DNA of 63,704 bases, counting the filler, from Sluysia triapertura (taxonomy: Eukaryota): assembly GCA_046118255.1 (NCBI GenBank). It is 5 parts of 5 records of this genome, joined end to end, with 100 filler letters (N's around TTAATTAATTAA, not from the genome) between each part and the next. Parts side by side here need not be neighbours in the genome. Positions count along the whole stretch, not along the records: positions 1 to 11,348 come from JBJNIA010185701.1; positions 11,449 to 23,870 come from JBJNIA010111312.1; 3 more parts are not named here. The stretch is one strand, 5' to 3'. Below are positions 1 through 14,310 of the stretch, piece after piece. The notes under the pieces are model-generated. The model was given only the letters and a program-made list of their open reading frames with translations. It did no database searches and was not told where the DNA came from. Made by a program: the position numbers and the translations under genes. Within the stretch, counting starts at the first letter, position 1; each line of letters starts with the position of its first letter.

Positions 1-2851
1 AATAAATAAAAATTATTTAATTTTAAATTATTTATTAAATATTAGTTGTTGAAAAAATGCCGAAAGAAAAACCACGATTTTATGATCTCACGAAGTACTA
101 TAGGATTGTTCTATTATCCTTAATTATCCTTATTTAGCGAACTTCCGAATCTCAGATAATTTTTACAGCTATCGTTAATTTAGATTCCATGTTTGACAGT
201 TCGTATTGAGTTATTATTTCAAACAATTTAGTACACAAGTATGCAATGTTATTTATTGAGTAATTGATTTATTTACTGTGATAAAATCCATCCCAAGAAT
301 GATCAACAGTGATTTTACTCATCTTTTCAGTGTTTATCTATTAGTCGTTTCTTTTAGTCCAATTGAAATGTTTTTCTGTGTGAATTATTTTTGTTATTAA
401 TACAACTGAAATTAAAAACTAATTACTAAAAATTTAATAAAATTATTATTATCGTTGCGATAGCTGTATAAAAATCACAATAAATCAATAGTTGGTGAAA
501 TTATATTTAATTTTTTATTTTTAAAAATTATTAAAATAGTCAAAAACTCGTATAATTAATGATATAATTAAAAATAATAACCATAAAATATGAAATATAA
601 TGTATTAAAATTGATATTAAAAGCAAGACATTAAATTAAATAATAAATAATCGATAAGCTTTTTACTCAATGCAGTGTATGTTGTATTTTGCAATCATTC
701 CGTATACAATGATGAATTATTTTAGTTTATTATATTATTATTATTATTATTTCCAAAAAATGAATCAGTTGTTTAAGTTATATTATACATACTTTGCAGC
801 ATTTATTAGTTCATATCAAAATTGCATTAGTTTTTCTTTATTTTAAACAAGTTTAATATTGATATTTAATGTTAAAATTATATATATATATATATTTAAT
901 ACTTAAATACAGAATAATTTGTATTGGTTAAAAATATTTTGTAGTAAAATTTTTATAATTATACAGTAAAGAGATAAGATCACTGGAACATGTACACATT
1001 TTCTAATGAACTAACAATTTATCATAAATTCAAGATTTTATACTGGTTTTTGAAATACTACTTTATTTTGCTATTTCAATTTGAAAATATTTAGATGAAG
1101 AAACATTAAATATTCTCTCTACATATATATATATATGAACAAAAATGTAAATTCAGTGCACTCTGAGGTCAGTATTACAATTTTCTATTATTTCTTAATT
1201 ACTAGTTTTTTCCTTGATTCGTGGTATTTGCAAAAATAAATTTATCAGACATTATTATTGTCTGTAATCATAATGAAAACGTGAATTTTATTGAATATAT
1301 AATGTTGATCTTTTACTCTACTACGTATTTATTTATTTATACGTATTATTTTTTTCTTTAATCTGAGAAAGGTTTTCTACATTAAAAATTTACTTCTTCT
1401 ACATAGAAAATCAATATTAAAATAACAAACTATTTTAAAAATTTATAATATTGTGTCGTCTTGGTAGTAAGCTGTTTAGAAAGTGTTTACAAATTTTGAG
1501 TTGAAAAATACTGTTTTCTCTTTTTATAAGGATAACGTTTTCCCTTAAATGATGGAATCATGTTCACGATGAAATAGAAGAAAAATTAAAATAGATTATC
1601 GAATTGTCGACAGTATTGTTTCTTACTGAAACCGGATATTCCGTTTTTAAAATTCTTTGAGCTACAAATTATTTTCGTATATTTTTTCTTGGCTGCAAAA
1701 CTCAAATGTAACAGAATTACTCAACGAGTTAAATCGAAAAAAGTTCTCGTGTTCTGGAAACTAATTTAATCGCGGCGTTAAAAAAATATTGTTGTACATC
1801 TTGAAATTATTATCTCGATTATTATTGGTTAAAAATAAATAGTTGTACTTATAAAATGCCACAAATATTTGCTAAACATCTGAAATAATTATTGTAAAGT
1901 ATTGTTTTTAAAGATTGAAATATACTTGTTAAATATAGTCAACTGTGCAATTGTTTAAACATAATTTACTACTGAAATACATAATTGACAGTAGTACATT
2001 TATACAAATTATAAAAGTGATAGATTTATAAGTATATCACAATTTCTAATTATCTATATTTATAACAATCAGAAATTAATAAATATTAATTATTTTTCGT
2101 GTAGTAGTTTGAATTAAAAATTTCATTTTGTTTAAAACCTATGACGATTTTTCACTTATAATTTCTTGGATCTCTTATAATACAATTTCTTTAATACAAT
2201 TTTCATTACAATGTTCTAGTCATTGTAATAATGCTTAAAAATAATAAAGATATTCGTTAAGCAGTCAATATATAAGTGCTGTAACTAAATTTTGAAATAA
2301 AATCTAGTAATCAATAAATAATTTTATAAATTAATTAACAATATAATAGAGTCTATTTTCTTACTATTATGTAAATATTTTTAATAAATATTAACGATAT
2401 TGTTTTGTGATGACAACAGTTTGAAGACATTGCCATAAACTTTTTCAGATTGAACTATGTTTTCCATTAAAAATGTTTATCATAATGAAACAAATGTTGG
2501 CTATTTGTCTATAGGGTAGCCGTCGTAATATTTTCGCGGAAGTTTACAGTCTTTTGCGGAATTTATTCTAAAAAGATTTATAATTTTTTGATGTTCATAA
2601 ACAAAATATTTATAAATTTGCAAAATACTTGTATCATTTGATTTTATTTGACAAAGTACTAATTGTTTTGTTTTACTACGTGTATTATTATTACTATTAT
2701 TATTAGACTTTCAATAATAAAATGTTTTAATTTTTGATGATTTTGTTTTAATATTATATTTTCATTTAGTTATTGTTTTTATATTTAATTTAAAATAACA
2801 TTTTTGGTAAATATATATAAAAGTTTTTCTGTTTTTTATTACTTAACATTG

Positions 2852-5500
2852 TGGTGGCCAACCTATTTTCCTAATAAATTTTATTAAAAATTTACTTTAC
2901 ATATTCGCAAAACTTCTATTTAAATGTCCCTTTTACATAAACTTTCGCTAACTTAATATTCATTCTCAAAATTTACAAATTGCACCTAAAATCAACATAT
3001 TTTACTTAAAACTATACTCTTAAACATTTTAACATTCTCATATTTATCTCATACATCCACTAAAATCATCCCTTTTACATAAATTTTACTCAACACAACT
3101 TTTACTCCCAAAATCTACAACCTTATAACATAAACTACGGTGACATTCAATACCATCAAATTACAGTGAAAAAATTCAAAATATTTTGTTTTTCATTTTT
3201 TAACAATTAAATTAAAATCACATTCGAAATTAATCAACAGACATCTTCAAAACAATCCGAACATGATCTGCATCATTTAATTTTCAACAACACATCACTA
3301 CTTAAACATCAAGAAAATAAATCACATTTTTAACATTCTATAATCATTCTTGCAAACATACTAAAACCTAGACTAACTTATCTTCTTTTCATTCTCGAAA
3401 TCACTCTCTTTCAACATACTTGTAACCCATGATCTACTAACATCTAAAAACCATAGGTTTTTAACACCTAAACTTAAATTAGTAAATGATATTTAAGAAT
3501 TCATTTGGAGCATTTCACAATTATTTTATAATATTAGACTCACAATTCTTCAAGGTATCGGTTTTTATAGATTTTAAATAAGTTGAGAAAATTAAGATTC
3601 AGAAAAGAAAGTTCGTGTTAAGTTAAAAAGTTTGTGCTTAGTAATAATAAAAATAATAATATTAATAACGTTTTGTTATTATTATCACTATCACCATTTT
3701 TATTTTGCATTCATTTTTATTTTTGCGCTATTTTACAAATGAAATCCATAATCAACTGAGTAACTGCTATCATCAGCAGTGACATTTTGGTTAACATTTA
3801 TAATTTCATGTCACTGTTGATGATGGTTGTCATCACAGTGTGATTTCATTATTCGTCAACTATCCTTATTCTATTTATCTCGCTATTGGCCATCCAAGCA
3901 GAATAAGTATCACTGTGTTTTCTTGTAAATGCTTCTGGTTGGATGACCAATCAATAAACATTAAAACTAAAAATTTTTATTACTGCAAAAAATTTATAAT
4001 TTAACAAAAATCTGCAGCACAAAAATAATCTGAAATTATTCAACTACAATTATGAAACATTTTGATTATAAAGCTAACGACTGTAAAGGTGGCGATTATC
4101 AAGTTAATAATGATGTTAATGATAAAAACTTTCAAGTATATAATGATGAATATAAGTATAACGTTATTAACAATAGTAAAGATGATAATTCCAAGTTAAT
4201 AATGCTAAAGATGATCAGACTAAAGTTAATTATGTTAATAATGAAAACTTTAAAGCATATGATTATAAAGATCAGCATAACGCGATTAACAATACTAGAG
4301 TCGATGATTTCCAAACTAATAATCCCGAAGATAACATCGGCGAAGTCAACAATATTGAAGACGAAAATTATGAAGCTACTAATGACAAACCTAATGATGG
4401 CAAAGGTAACAGTGTTGGAGATGATGTTACGCAAGATAAGAAGAAAAAATGTGCTGATGATGATGTTAACAACAATAAAGAACATGCTTATCCGTTTTAC
4501 TGCTACAAAGACGACATCCATACATGTTTTTACGAATTTTATGATTATAAATTTAATGTATTCAATTTTATTAATGATAATAATAATATTTATAAATGTA
4601 ATGAAGATAAGTCTAAGGGTTATGGAGTGAACAACAACAATAATGATAATCTCTATTCACTTAATGATTATAAACGTAATGACTTTAAACTTAATGATAA
4701 CGAACATAAATATTACACGTTCAATAATCATAAAATTGCTCGTTTAACTGCTCTGTGTCCAGCTTCTACCGACAATGGGATTTGTTTAATGCATAGAATA
4801 TTCTGTCACTAGGCTCATTCTGTTCATGAATTGATGATCAGTAAAGAAGATGAAGCAGCCTGTAATAGCCATTTACAAAGAATTACATAATTACTAAAAA
4901 GTATTGTAGTTATCTCTAATACTTCGTCTGACAATATTTTAATGGACTGCAACGTTAAGGTAAATAATATTTACTTTTATATACTTTGTCTTAACAATTA
5001 TGATTATTTTTTATTAGAAGGTGAAACAACAAGAAGAATCATACATAGGAGCGAAGTATCAATATTAAAATTTCGCATAAATAAAATTTTGTTTTTATTT
5101 TCAACTTTTGTCTAAAGAAAATATAACAATTTGTTTAGAACTAAAAATTTCGAACCAAAACATAATTTATAAAGATAAATATAAATTAAATTTTACTTAT
5201 TATTTTAACCTAAAAAACATTCTAATCATTAACTATGCGCAACAATAATTAGATGAATCAAAGTCATCAACGTAGCCGATTCACTCTGTTTTCACGCTTT
5301 GTTGATAACCATTCTTATCAGCTTGGTAGATCCCTGTAATTTTTTCTTCTATTTTTCACATTTACTTTAGTTAAAACACGAATCTCAAGATACATTAACT
5401 TTAAAGCTATTACAATAGTGAGTTGTATTCTTGACTTGAAGGGTTAATTACAGAGCACAGTCTGACTGTTTTGTACGGTTGTAACTCTAATTTAGGTTTT
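2852..5500 (+). mobile_element. Decayed LTR-retrotransposon-like element (CCCH-ORF family, copy A)
   Basis: PBS-like TGGTGGCCAA at 2852-2861 shortly after ...TTAACA. A long G-poor leader (about 2880-3480) follows, then a broken Asn/Asp-rich ORF with a CCCH finger. The same layout occurs in inverted orientation at 60300-62210. 3' boundary approximate. Confidence 0.5.
4052..4890 (+). pseudogene. Asn/Asp-rich repeat protein with CCCH zinc finger (gag-like ORF), disrupted
   Basis: Frame from ATG 4052 (MKHFDYKANDC...) shifts near 4190 into an uninterrupted N/D-rich frame 4195-4809, ending RLTALCPASTDNGICLMHRIFCH*AHSVHEL (C-x8-C-x6-C-x3-H with an in-frame TAG at 4810). Internal repeats: VNNDVNDKNFQVY / VNYVNNENFKAY / VNNIEDENYEA. 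Confidence 0.6.
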
Positions 5501-6260
5501 AATAAGGTTGATAAGGTTAAACGCTTCGGGATTTAGATTTAATTACAATATCATACATTGAAATCGTTAACGGCTTTAGTTCATAAACACATTCAATAAC
5601 ATTTAAAAATAGTAACGAATTGACTAAATATCTATTGAAACTTCATTCGAAACCTTGATAAATAGATATCAACATCTATTATAATGTTAACGATGATGTC
5701 TTGCTTTACATAGTATACTTCAAGAATAGTTTGATGAATATTTACGTAAATAGATTCTTCAGGTAATTGCCAATAGATAACACTGAAGGATGGATCTCGA
5801 TTTATGTTCATTGTGACTGTACAAGGCATTAATCAACGCAGATCCTAAATCTAGTATCTGTTGCAATGTGATGATTGATATTACTTTCATAATTGTGGTT
5901 CATTAACAATATTATAAATAGTATTCAAAATTCATATTGACAAGTTCGATTGGCTTCACCGATTTTCTATTATTAAACAAGATTCATCGACTTCAGAAAT
6001 AATTGATGACATTAAACATAGAAAGTAAAAAAGAAATATTCAAATATTAAAAATTAAAATTTCTGACAATGATAATATACTTTCTAAATTTTCAACATAA
6101 CAATTTTATAATGATGATTCTTTGTGCTAAGTTAATCCTCATGAAATATGAATTAGTAATTATTGAATGAAATAAAGCATTAAATTAATGAATTGCTACT
6201 ACGAGCGTTTTTATTATTACTATTATTTTATTCCAGAATTTCAGAACTGTGTAGTAAAAT

Positions 6261-6638
6261 ATGGGGCAAAAAAATGCCAAATTAAAACCCGAAGTTATTT
6301 CCGATATTATGAAAGATACTGAATTCACAGAACCGGAACTACAGGAATGGTATCGCGGATTTTTGAAAGATTGTCCTAGTGGTGTGTTAACTAAAGCAGA
6401 ATTTGTTAAAATTTACAGTAACTTTTTCCCGGATGGAGATGCATCTAAATTTGCTGAACATGTCTTTAGAACATTTGATACCAATAATGATTCTACAATC
6501 GATTTTAAGGAATTTATTTGTGCTTTAAGTGTAACATGTAGAGGAACATTAGATCAGAAATTAAAATGGGCATTTTCTATGTATGATCTTGATGGAAATG
6601 GATTTATTTCTAAACAGGAAATGTTGGAAATTGTTCGG
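6261..6638 (+). CDS. Neuronal calcium sensor, neurocalcin/hippocalcin-like; first coding exon (126 aa)
   Basis: [11 protein letters not shown] myristoylation-type N-terminus, inactive EF1 KDCPSG, EF2 [14 protein letters not shown]3 [21 protein letters not shown]. Donor CGG|GTTTGT after MLEIVR at c.378, the intron position recalled for vertebrate HPCA/NCALD. Upstream acceptor ttccag at 6236. The exon starting AIYKM was not found in this contig. Confidence 0.95.
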
Positions 6639-9600
6639 GTTTGTGACTCATTTTTTGAAAATGTGTTTTGAAAACACCTTATAATTACAACCATATTTTA
6701 ATAAGTTTGTCTCTCAGTTTTACTATTGCATTAAAATATTTAATATTAACGACATTTGTATCCAAAACTAAAAATAAAGTAAAAACATTAGGTTTTCTAA
6801 AGTATACAAATATTTTTAATATATTCTTAGAATCAGATATTACTTACTTAATTATACATAGCAATTATTTAATATTTTTTAATATAATAAAATATCAATG
6901 AAGTTTTATTTAGACATTCAAGCAAACGTGCAACACAGTGAAAAATGAAAGTTAAGTATTTATGATAGTTTAAAATTATTAGAATTAACTTCAAATAAAT
7001 TTTATATTAAATATTAAATTTTTAAAGTTTTATTCTGTAATAAAATTATAATGCAACAATAAGTTCGATTTTTAACTGTAAGATTACAAAATAAAATTCG
7101 TTAAGATATCGTGGTAAAGAGGATGAACTTACACATGTACAGTAAAATTTGAAAATGGTATTTATAGTTATCAATGAGAGTAATAAAATAGTACTCTGAA
7201 ATACCTGAATAAAAAGTGTTTTGAACTTGTGGAGCTTACAAACCTTTTATGGCCACAACATAAATATAGTGTGCAAAACTTGAAAAAAGCTACAAATAAA
7301 TTGTTTTTACAAAACTTCTACTTTATTTATTAATTTGTTATGTTTATTTCCCCACTAATAATTTATTGATAAATAATTCTGACTCTACAAAACTACACTG
7401 CTTACCGATGAGAGACGTTTCAGATAAACTCGGAGTCACATTGTTCACTATTACGTGATTCCGTTATCTCTGAGTGGAAATAGAATCTAAGTAATCGTCA
7501 GCAGTGAATAACCAGCCTTTGTAAAATTACAGAAAATTATGTCCAGTTTTTTTTATAGTATTTTCATACTTTCATCAATTTATGTGATTCACGATTTGTT
7601 TTTTTTTTGCTTAAACGTGTTTGATTTTTATACATGTAAATGATTATTTATGAGAAAATATGATTATTTATCTTGAAATAATAAACTAAGTCTAATAATA
7701 AAACACTAATACTCAAAATATAAATGGCAAAGCGAATAACTTCATACAATTTAGGCTTGACAGCGAATGAGTTTTATTACTTTTACATTATAAAAATAAA
7801 TTTTATTGATTATTATTTTAAATTACTTTTTTATTCTTGATACTGTGACTGTATTTCGTTTTATAATACGATGAGTAAAACTTATTATATTAATCATTTT
7901 GGATAATAATTACGATTATTTATTTTATATTTTAATTTATATTGTATATAAAAAATACTTAAAAATTTATCTCTCATAAGTGAAATTTTTTGTAAAATTT
8001 ATCATAAACAATTAGTAGAATTATTTTTAAAATTATCAATTTAAGTTTGAAGTAGATATATTGTTATAAGCGAAATTTTCAACTTTCATTTGATATTTCT
8101 ATAATAATATTCCTTGAAAATTTTCTTTTGCTAGTTGTTGGAACTATTTTGGTGTTCATTCTTCATTTGCTTTCGAAATCAAGCATTTTAATGATTGTAA
8201 ATAATTTAAAAATAGTAATAATAATTACAAATATACATTATACTCTATTTTAATGAAAATGATTCACAATAATAAATTAACAAATTTCATAATACATTAC
8301 GAAGGATTTTATTTTATTCCATTTAATTATTATCTTAAATATTTACAATGATAAATAAATAAATTCTGATTTATTATTAATATTTAATTTAAATTTTTTG
8401 TGGCATAACAAAATCAATTAAATAATACAATATGTAAACATTTATTTATTTTAAAACAAACAACAAATCTTAAAATAATCAATATCATATTATATTTTTA
8501 AACATGTGCTTATTTCTTACAATTTTTTATTTTCACTACAACAACAACAATAATTACAATATTTTCTATACATTTTCTTAGGTAAAATAAACAAAACATA
8601 AAACATAAGATAATAAAATCATTATTTTTTTTAATAATTCATAACAATTATATTAAGTTCAATTTTAATTAAATATGTTACTTAGTAATTCACTCTTCAG
8701 AATTGTTTCATAAGAGTCAATTTATGTTCAAATTCGGATTTAAGTAATCGTACTTTCAAATGTGCCAATAATTGGATATAATTACATTATTCCTCGGGAA
8801 ATATTATCTTTAAACACTTTATTAATATGTTTGTGATAATAAGAATTTTAAAGATGTTTCTATTAGAAAATTAACTGAATATTAATTAAATTGTGAATAC
8901 TAAAGTTAAAATCATTATTTTTTAATATTTTGATATTAATAATAATTGTTGTTTTAATTTGTGAAGTAATTTAAATGAAAATAGATCGAGTAGAGGAGAT
9001 GAAAATAATGGCTTATCATTAATTTGTATTTTGTACTTAATGAAGTTTGACAAGTGTGGTGGTCAGAACTCCAAAATAATTTTATCATAATTTTACTACT
9101 ACAATTTATATATAATTTTCCAAGTCTTTCAAACCACCTTATCGCAGACACTGTCACATTTGCAAGCGTTATGTAAAATCTTTTACAAAGAAAATGTTTC
9201 TTTAAATAAAATTGTGCTCAAAGATTAAGCTATTTAAAAAAAAACCAGATGACTATCTTCAGTACCATTTTTAATAGCACTTAAATTTTGTTCCTAATCT
9301 AATGTTCATTGATCACACTGATTTTATTTTCGCAAATCTCATGTAGTTTTGTTTCAAGTTGAGCGGGATCACTTGATATGATAACATCGATTTTATAATG
9401 TTTTAAGGTTTAGGAAGTGAAGTTTTTGAAAAAGTGTGCATGGCTGGAGAAATAAAGTGTGCTTTAAGAAAATAATTACAGATTGTCAAGAAGAACATGC
9501 TATTTCTGAAAAGCGTTTGTTAACTTCAATTAACTTTCCATTTATTAAATTGTGTTTATGATTAATGAATGTATAATGTATACTTCCTCAAATTCTACAT

Positions 9601-10558
9601 GAGATGATAGCTCATTCATTCATTGAAGTTGCAGCAAGTGGCTAAAAATAATCGCTTTCTATCAGAATTATAAGAAGCTATTCAAGGCCATTCTGGAACT
9701 TCTATTTCTGTTTGTGTAATTCAAGACGGTTTATGTACCATCAGGCTTCACCTACAACTCAAGTACAAATACAATTATCATCCTGGTTTACCAGTTCAGT
9801 TCGGTATCGTTAATCTGGGTTCCGTTCCTTTCAGTGGTGGTGGTAGTAGTAGTAGTACTATTGCTGGTAAGAATAACAATAATTGATTGATCGCTATGGA
9901 TACTGTCATGAATCTAGAAACAAATATGGGATGCCGAAACGAACTTATTTGGTCCAATCAGCTTCAGTTTTATCGAATAACCGAAATGCAATACGATTAG
10001 GAAAAAGGGCCCTTTTAATAAAGTTAAGTTAATTAAAATTTGTATGGAAATTATAAGAAGGCCGGCCGAATTCTCATTCATTACAATTTGTTGCAATCAC
10101 ACAAAATCAATTTAAAAATATTAAATTATTATTAATACATTATTTAAAATGAATTTAAAACAATATTTATTATATAATAATAATTGCAAATAACTGTTCT
10201 TGTTACAGAATAACAAAATAACATGTTCTTTTTACTCGTTTTTATTATATTTTTATTTCTTTTGTTTTGTTTTATTGTTTAATACTACAATTATCTTAAA
10301 AAATAACTTTAGTCTTAATATTTTTATTAATATTATTATTGTTTTTTTTGTTGTAAAATTTATAACATTTTATGAATACCATTAACAATGTTGTGGTTGA
10401 GTATAATTTAATTTGAGTTTACATTTTATGTCTTAATTCTTTTACCTCAATTTACTCAAATATTTTTATAATTGTTTAACTCTGAAACCTTAATGTGATT
10501 TAAATTCTTAGCTCTCTTTGATGATTTTATTTAAGACTTATGCTATGTTAACTTAATA

Positions 10559-10590
10559 TTGGAATGTTGGAATGTTGGAATGTTGGAATG
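10559..10590. repeat. (TTGGAATG)4 minisatellite
   Basis: Four perfect 8-bp units. Confidence 0.9.
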
Positions 10591-11270
10591 TTAATTGGAA
10601 TTTTATAAACTACTATTTCAAATCTTAAAAAATCCACTCTCCAAAATATTCACAAAATAAATGCAACTACAGACTATAAAAAATGTTATAAATTTGTTAT
10701 TTATTTTAATTTTAAGAAATATAATATATGCAGCGAAGTTTATTCGCAATCGAACAATTCGAAGTATTGTTTACCAAAATTGTTTAATAATTCGTATCAA
10801 AATGAAATTAGAAGATAAAATAAATGTTAAAAGTGTTATTTATATATTACATTTTATAATTTTTCTACATACATAATTTTATTCATGATTTATTATTTTT
10901 ATGCATTCATTGCTTTAATTATTAACGAAATTAAAAAAATTAATTTATTTTAATATATTACTTACAAAATTTGTTTGTTTGTTAAAATTAGTTATTCATT
11001 GAAAAACTGTAATAAAATTACTCTTCAAATTCAACAAGCATTATCATACAATTTTTATTATTAATTTGCAGTTCACAATTTATCGTACAATCAGTTCCAC
11101 ATGTAACCTTGCAACCTTCTCATTAAAATTTATTAACATAATAACATTTTCATTTATATCTACTGCTTACAATGATAGAAATTATTCAGAATGCAGCATC
11201 TGTTCAGTAAATAGTTCTATTGTGATACATAGTCTATATTGGTTCATCATTATTCCTATTTTTATGGCTC

Positions 11271-11340
<70 letters not shown>
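11271..11340. repeat. (AAT)n microsatellite at contig end
   Basis: About 23 AAT units. Similar (ATT)n tracts at 11518-11581, 12026-12085 and 16466-16523. Confidence 0.95.
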
Positions 11341-11342
<2 letters not shown>

Positions 11343-11348
11343 TCAATA

Positions 11349-11448
11349 NNNNNNNNNNNNNNNNNNNNNNNNNNNNNNNNNNNNNNNNNNNNTTAATTAA
11401 TTAANNNNNNNNNNNNNNNNNNNNNNNNNNNNNNNNNNNNNNNNNNNN
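11349..11448. other. Artificial contig spacer
   Basis: 44 N + TTAATTAATTAA (stops in all six frames) + 44 N. Confidence 0.98.
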
Positions 11449-11519
11449 ATTTGTGTAGCACATAAAATTATAGTAAAATTTCTCGTAATTTTATTCAGCG
11501 GTTCATATTATTAAGCTTA

Positions 11520-11582
<63 letters not shown>

Positions 11583-12041
11583 GATTATGTAAGAATATCT
11601 TAAACTAAATAAAAATTATTTTATAAAATTTGATAAAAAAACCAATTGTGCCGATCGTTGTATTGAGGTATATGCTTAAAAAATGTCATTTAAAGAAATT
11701 TTATAATTGATAATAGCGGATGGCTCTACAGTAAGAGCCTTGGTTCTTTTTACGAAGTCTAACAATTTGTAAAATAGATAACATTTAGATGTCAAACCAA
11801 CTCTTCTTTATCTTCTATGGTACACTAGTTACATTTTATACATCGTATTGCTACAGTAAAGATTTCTTATTGTTTCACTTATTACTATTCATTATTATTC
11901 CACTTATTTAGTGTATTTTTTTAATTATTTCAGATCCAATTATTATTTACCGAAACATTTTACGAAGGAGATTTAGCTTATCAAGTATTTTGTATTTCTG
12001 AACCTCTAATTGGCAGATCGTGTGGTTATTATTATTATTAA

Positions 12042-12088
<47 letters not shown>

Positions 12089-12125
12089 TGTGCGGTTAAT
12101 TTTATGCATTTTTTAAACCTTTGTA

Positions 12126-12652
12126 CAGTGGTGGCCAAATTATTAGACTAAAACATGAAAAATATGTTTCTCGATGATAATGGCCTGGAAACTCTCCAGA
12201 CATGGATCCCATAGAAAATCTGTCAGAGATTGTCAAAAGGAGAGTTTCTACCTATAAACCAACCACCAGGACGGAACTTATTGAAACTATGATAAAAGTA
12301 TGGCATCACGATGACAAGATCAAAGACGTATGCCCCAAACTCATCCGTGGCATACGGATCAAGAAATTATTGGATAACAAAGGATGGCAAACAAAGCACT
12401 AATACAACAGTTTGTACATATTTGATTTGTAGTAAATTGTGTTATTATTCTACATGAATAAAATTTATGTATGTTTTGCGTTTCAGTATTTTTATCTATT
12501 ATTTTACTTTCACTGACTACTTTTTGGAGAAAGTAGTTATTTTCCAACATTTTACATATTCTATAAGTGTCATGTATTTATACACTTTTGATTAATAGTA
12601 TCCTTGAAAAATGTTGAATTTTATCACAAAAATGGTCTTTAGTCTAATAATT
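12126..12652 (+). mobile_element. Internally deleted Tc1-like DNA transposon
   Basis: TA|CAGTGGTGGCCAAATTATTAGACT left TIR and partial complement AGTCTAATAATT at 12641. Transposase remnant WPGNSPDMDPIENLSEIVKRRV matches the Tc1 WPxxSPDLNPIENLW motif. Confidence 0.85.
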
Positions 12653-13660
12653 AACATAATAATTCGTATTTATCATTTTCTTTTGTAAAATTATTAATTG
12701 TCTAATTATTTATACTAGTTATGCTTAATCCATTTTAGTGAAGGTTACGAATTTACAAAAATACTATTTTAACTTCTCGAGTCCCGAATTTATTTTTCCT
12801 GAAATTCGGCATAATGATAACGTGAAGGAAGAAAAGTTTTAAAATTAATAATTGTCTCGAGCGCGCGTGTGTTTCCCCTAGGAAGAAGAACAAAAAAATT
12901 TATTTCTGCACAATCGCAAAATCTGTTTTCATTGCGATTTTTGATGGATTATGATAAATTTTTTGATTATTTTTAACTAATATATTATTTTTGGATATTT
13001 ATTTTGATCGTATATGGTTATCCGTACCTCTTTTTAGCTATTAAACTTTCTCTGACTTAATTTTCGGTTATAATTTTCTGTTTATAGATTTTATCAGTGT
13101 CTGTTGTTTTTACAGATGTTACATAGTGAAACAATAGAATTTGTATTTCATTTTCGAGGGAAGTATCTGAAGTTCCGATTCTGTCTTCGAAAGACATTCC
13201 TCATTGCATACAGAAACTACTTTTTTATCTTAATATGATTATACTACTTTTAACGTGTAATTTCGATTATTGGAAGTATTATATATATAATTTATCGAAA
13301 TTCACATTCTTATGATCATTGAATATTATATAAGGAAATTTCCTTCAGATATTTAATTTAAAAAGACAACCAAATGAATAATTGTATTAGTCTTTTTCTG
13401 GCATTTAGCACGTTGAATGACATGCTAATTTCACATGGCTTGTCTGTCTGTCCAAAATGAATTTCTCAGTATGTGTTTCTAATAATCTTGGCCTCCCTGG
13501 TCACCGGTGACTCCATGGCATTCAACATGTTAAAATTAAAATATTAAATAAAAATGAAAACAATATCCATTAAATTATAAATACATTTATATCAGTATCT
13601 CTTAAGCCATTGTTATTATGAATCTGCCAAAAATTTTCATATTTTATTCCATGTATTTCA

Positions 13661-13864
13661 TTAACACTATTTTATACCTATTTCGACCAAAAAGTATAAA
13701 TTTAGATCTAGGATGAGCTGAAGGAAAATTATAAAGCTAAATAAATTCAACAATTATTATACGAAAAGTCAAAACATGATTTGAGAAAATGTGATTAAAT
13801 TTGGAAAATAATTTCAAATTAAAATGTTTAAAGGTGTCACCTTTGTGGTAGAAAATAGTGTTAA
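13661..13864. mobile_element. TTAA-flanked piggyBac-type MITE
   Basis: TTAACACTATT...AATAGTGTTAA termini. An inverted homolog at 55219-55330 shares TTTAGATCTAGGATGAGCTGAA and ATTATACGAAAAG. Confidence 0.75.
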
Positions 13865-14310
13865 AATATAATTATATATAATCACATTTTTAGTTTTTGT
13901 GATTATATGGCCAATTTCATTCTATATTATAATTTAGCTCGTTAGTTTACCTTGTTAGTTTGTATTAATTTGTTTGTGGTAGTAGTGTTTTTGTTTTTTT
14001 ATAAACATTACTTGTTTTGTATTTCCACTGTGTTTCTGTTCAATCGTATCTTTTACATTAAGTATGGCTAGTTCGATTCCATATTTTTATCCAATTTTCG
14101 TAATCTTCGTAATTTTTTCTAGTTATAAGTTCTTTGTAAAGAATTTCTGAAGATTACTTTCGGATACTATTGTTTTTCTTCACAAATTTCAATAGATATT
14201 TTCAGAGTTTCTCAATAATGTCTTTCAAACCTAAATTCATTATTTCATAAAATAATCTTTGAATTACACCTTAATATTGGTATTGGTATGGTGTCTTTCA
14301 ATATAAAAAA

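Noticed and set aside
4132-4521. Minus-strand hydrophobic ORF, and the Met/Ile/Lys-rich tail of ORF 4052-4630
   Set aside because: Shadow frames of AAT/GAT-rich repeats; the coherent frame is the Asn/Asp-rich one.
9675-9866. Possible orphan exon (...HPGLPVQFGIVNLGSVPFSGGGSSSSTIAG|gtaaga)
   Set aside because: Weak acceptor, no recognisable homology, no neighbouring exons, and not the missing neurocalcin exon.
10200-12138. Short Ile/Phe/Asn-rich ORFs, including poly-Asn ORFs
   Set aside because: By-products of AT-richness and (AAT)n microsatellites; one runs into the N spacer.
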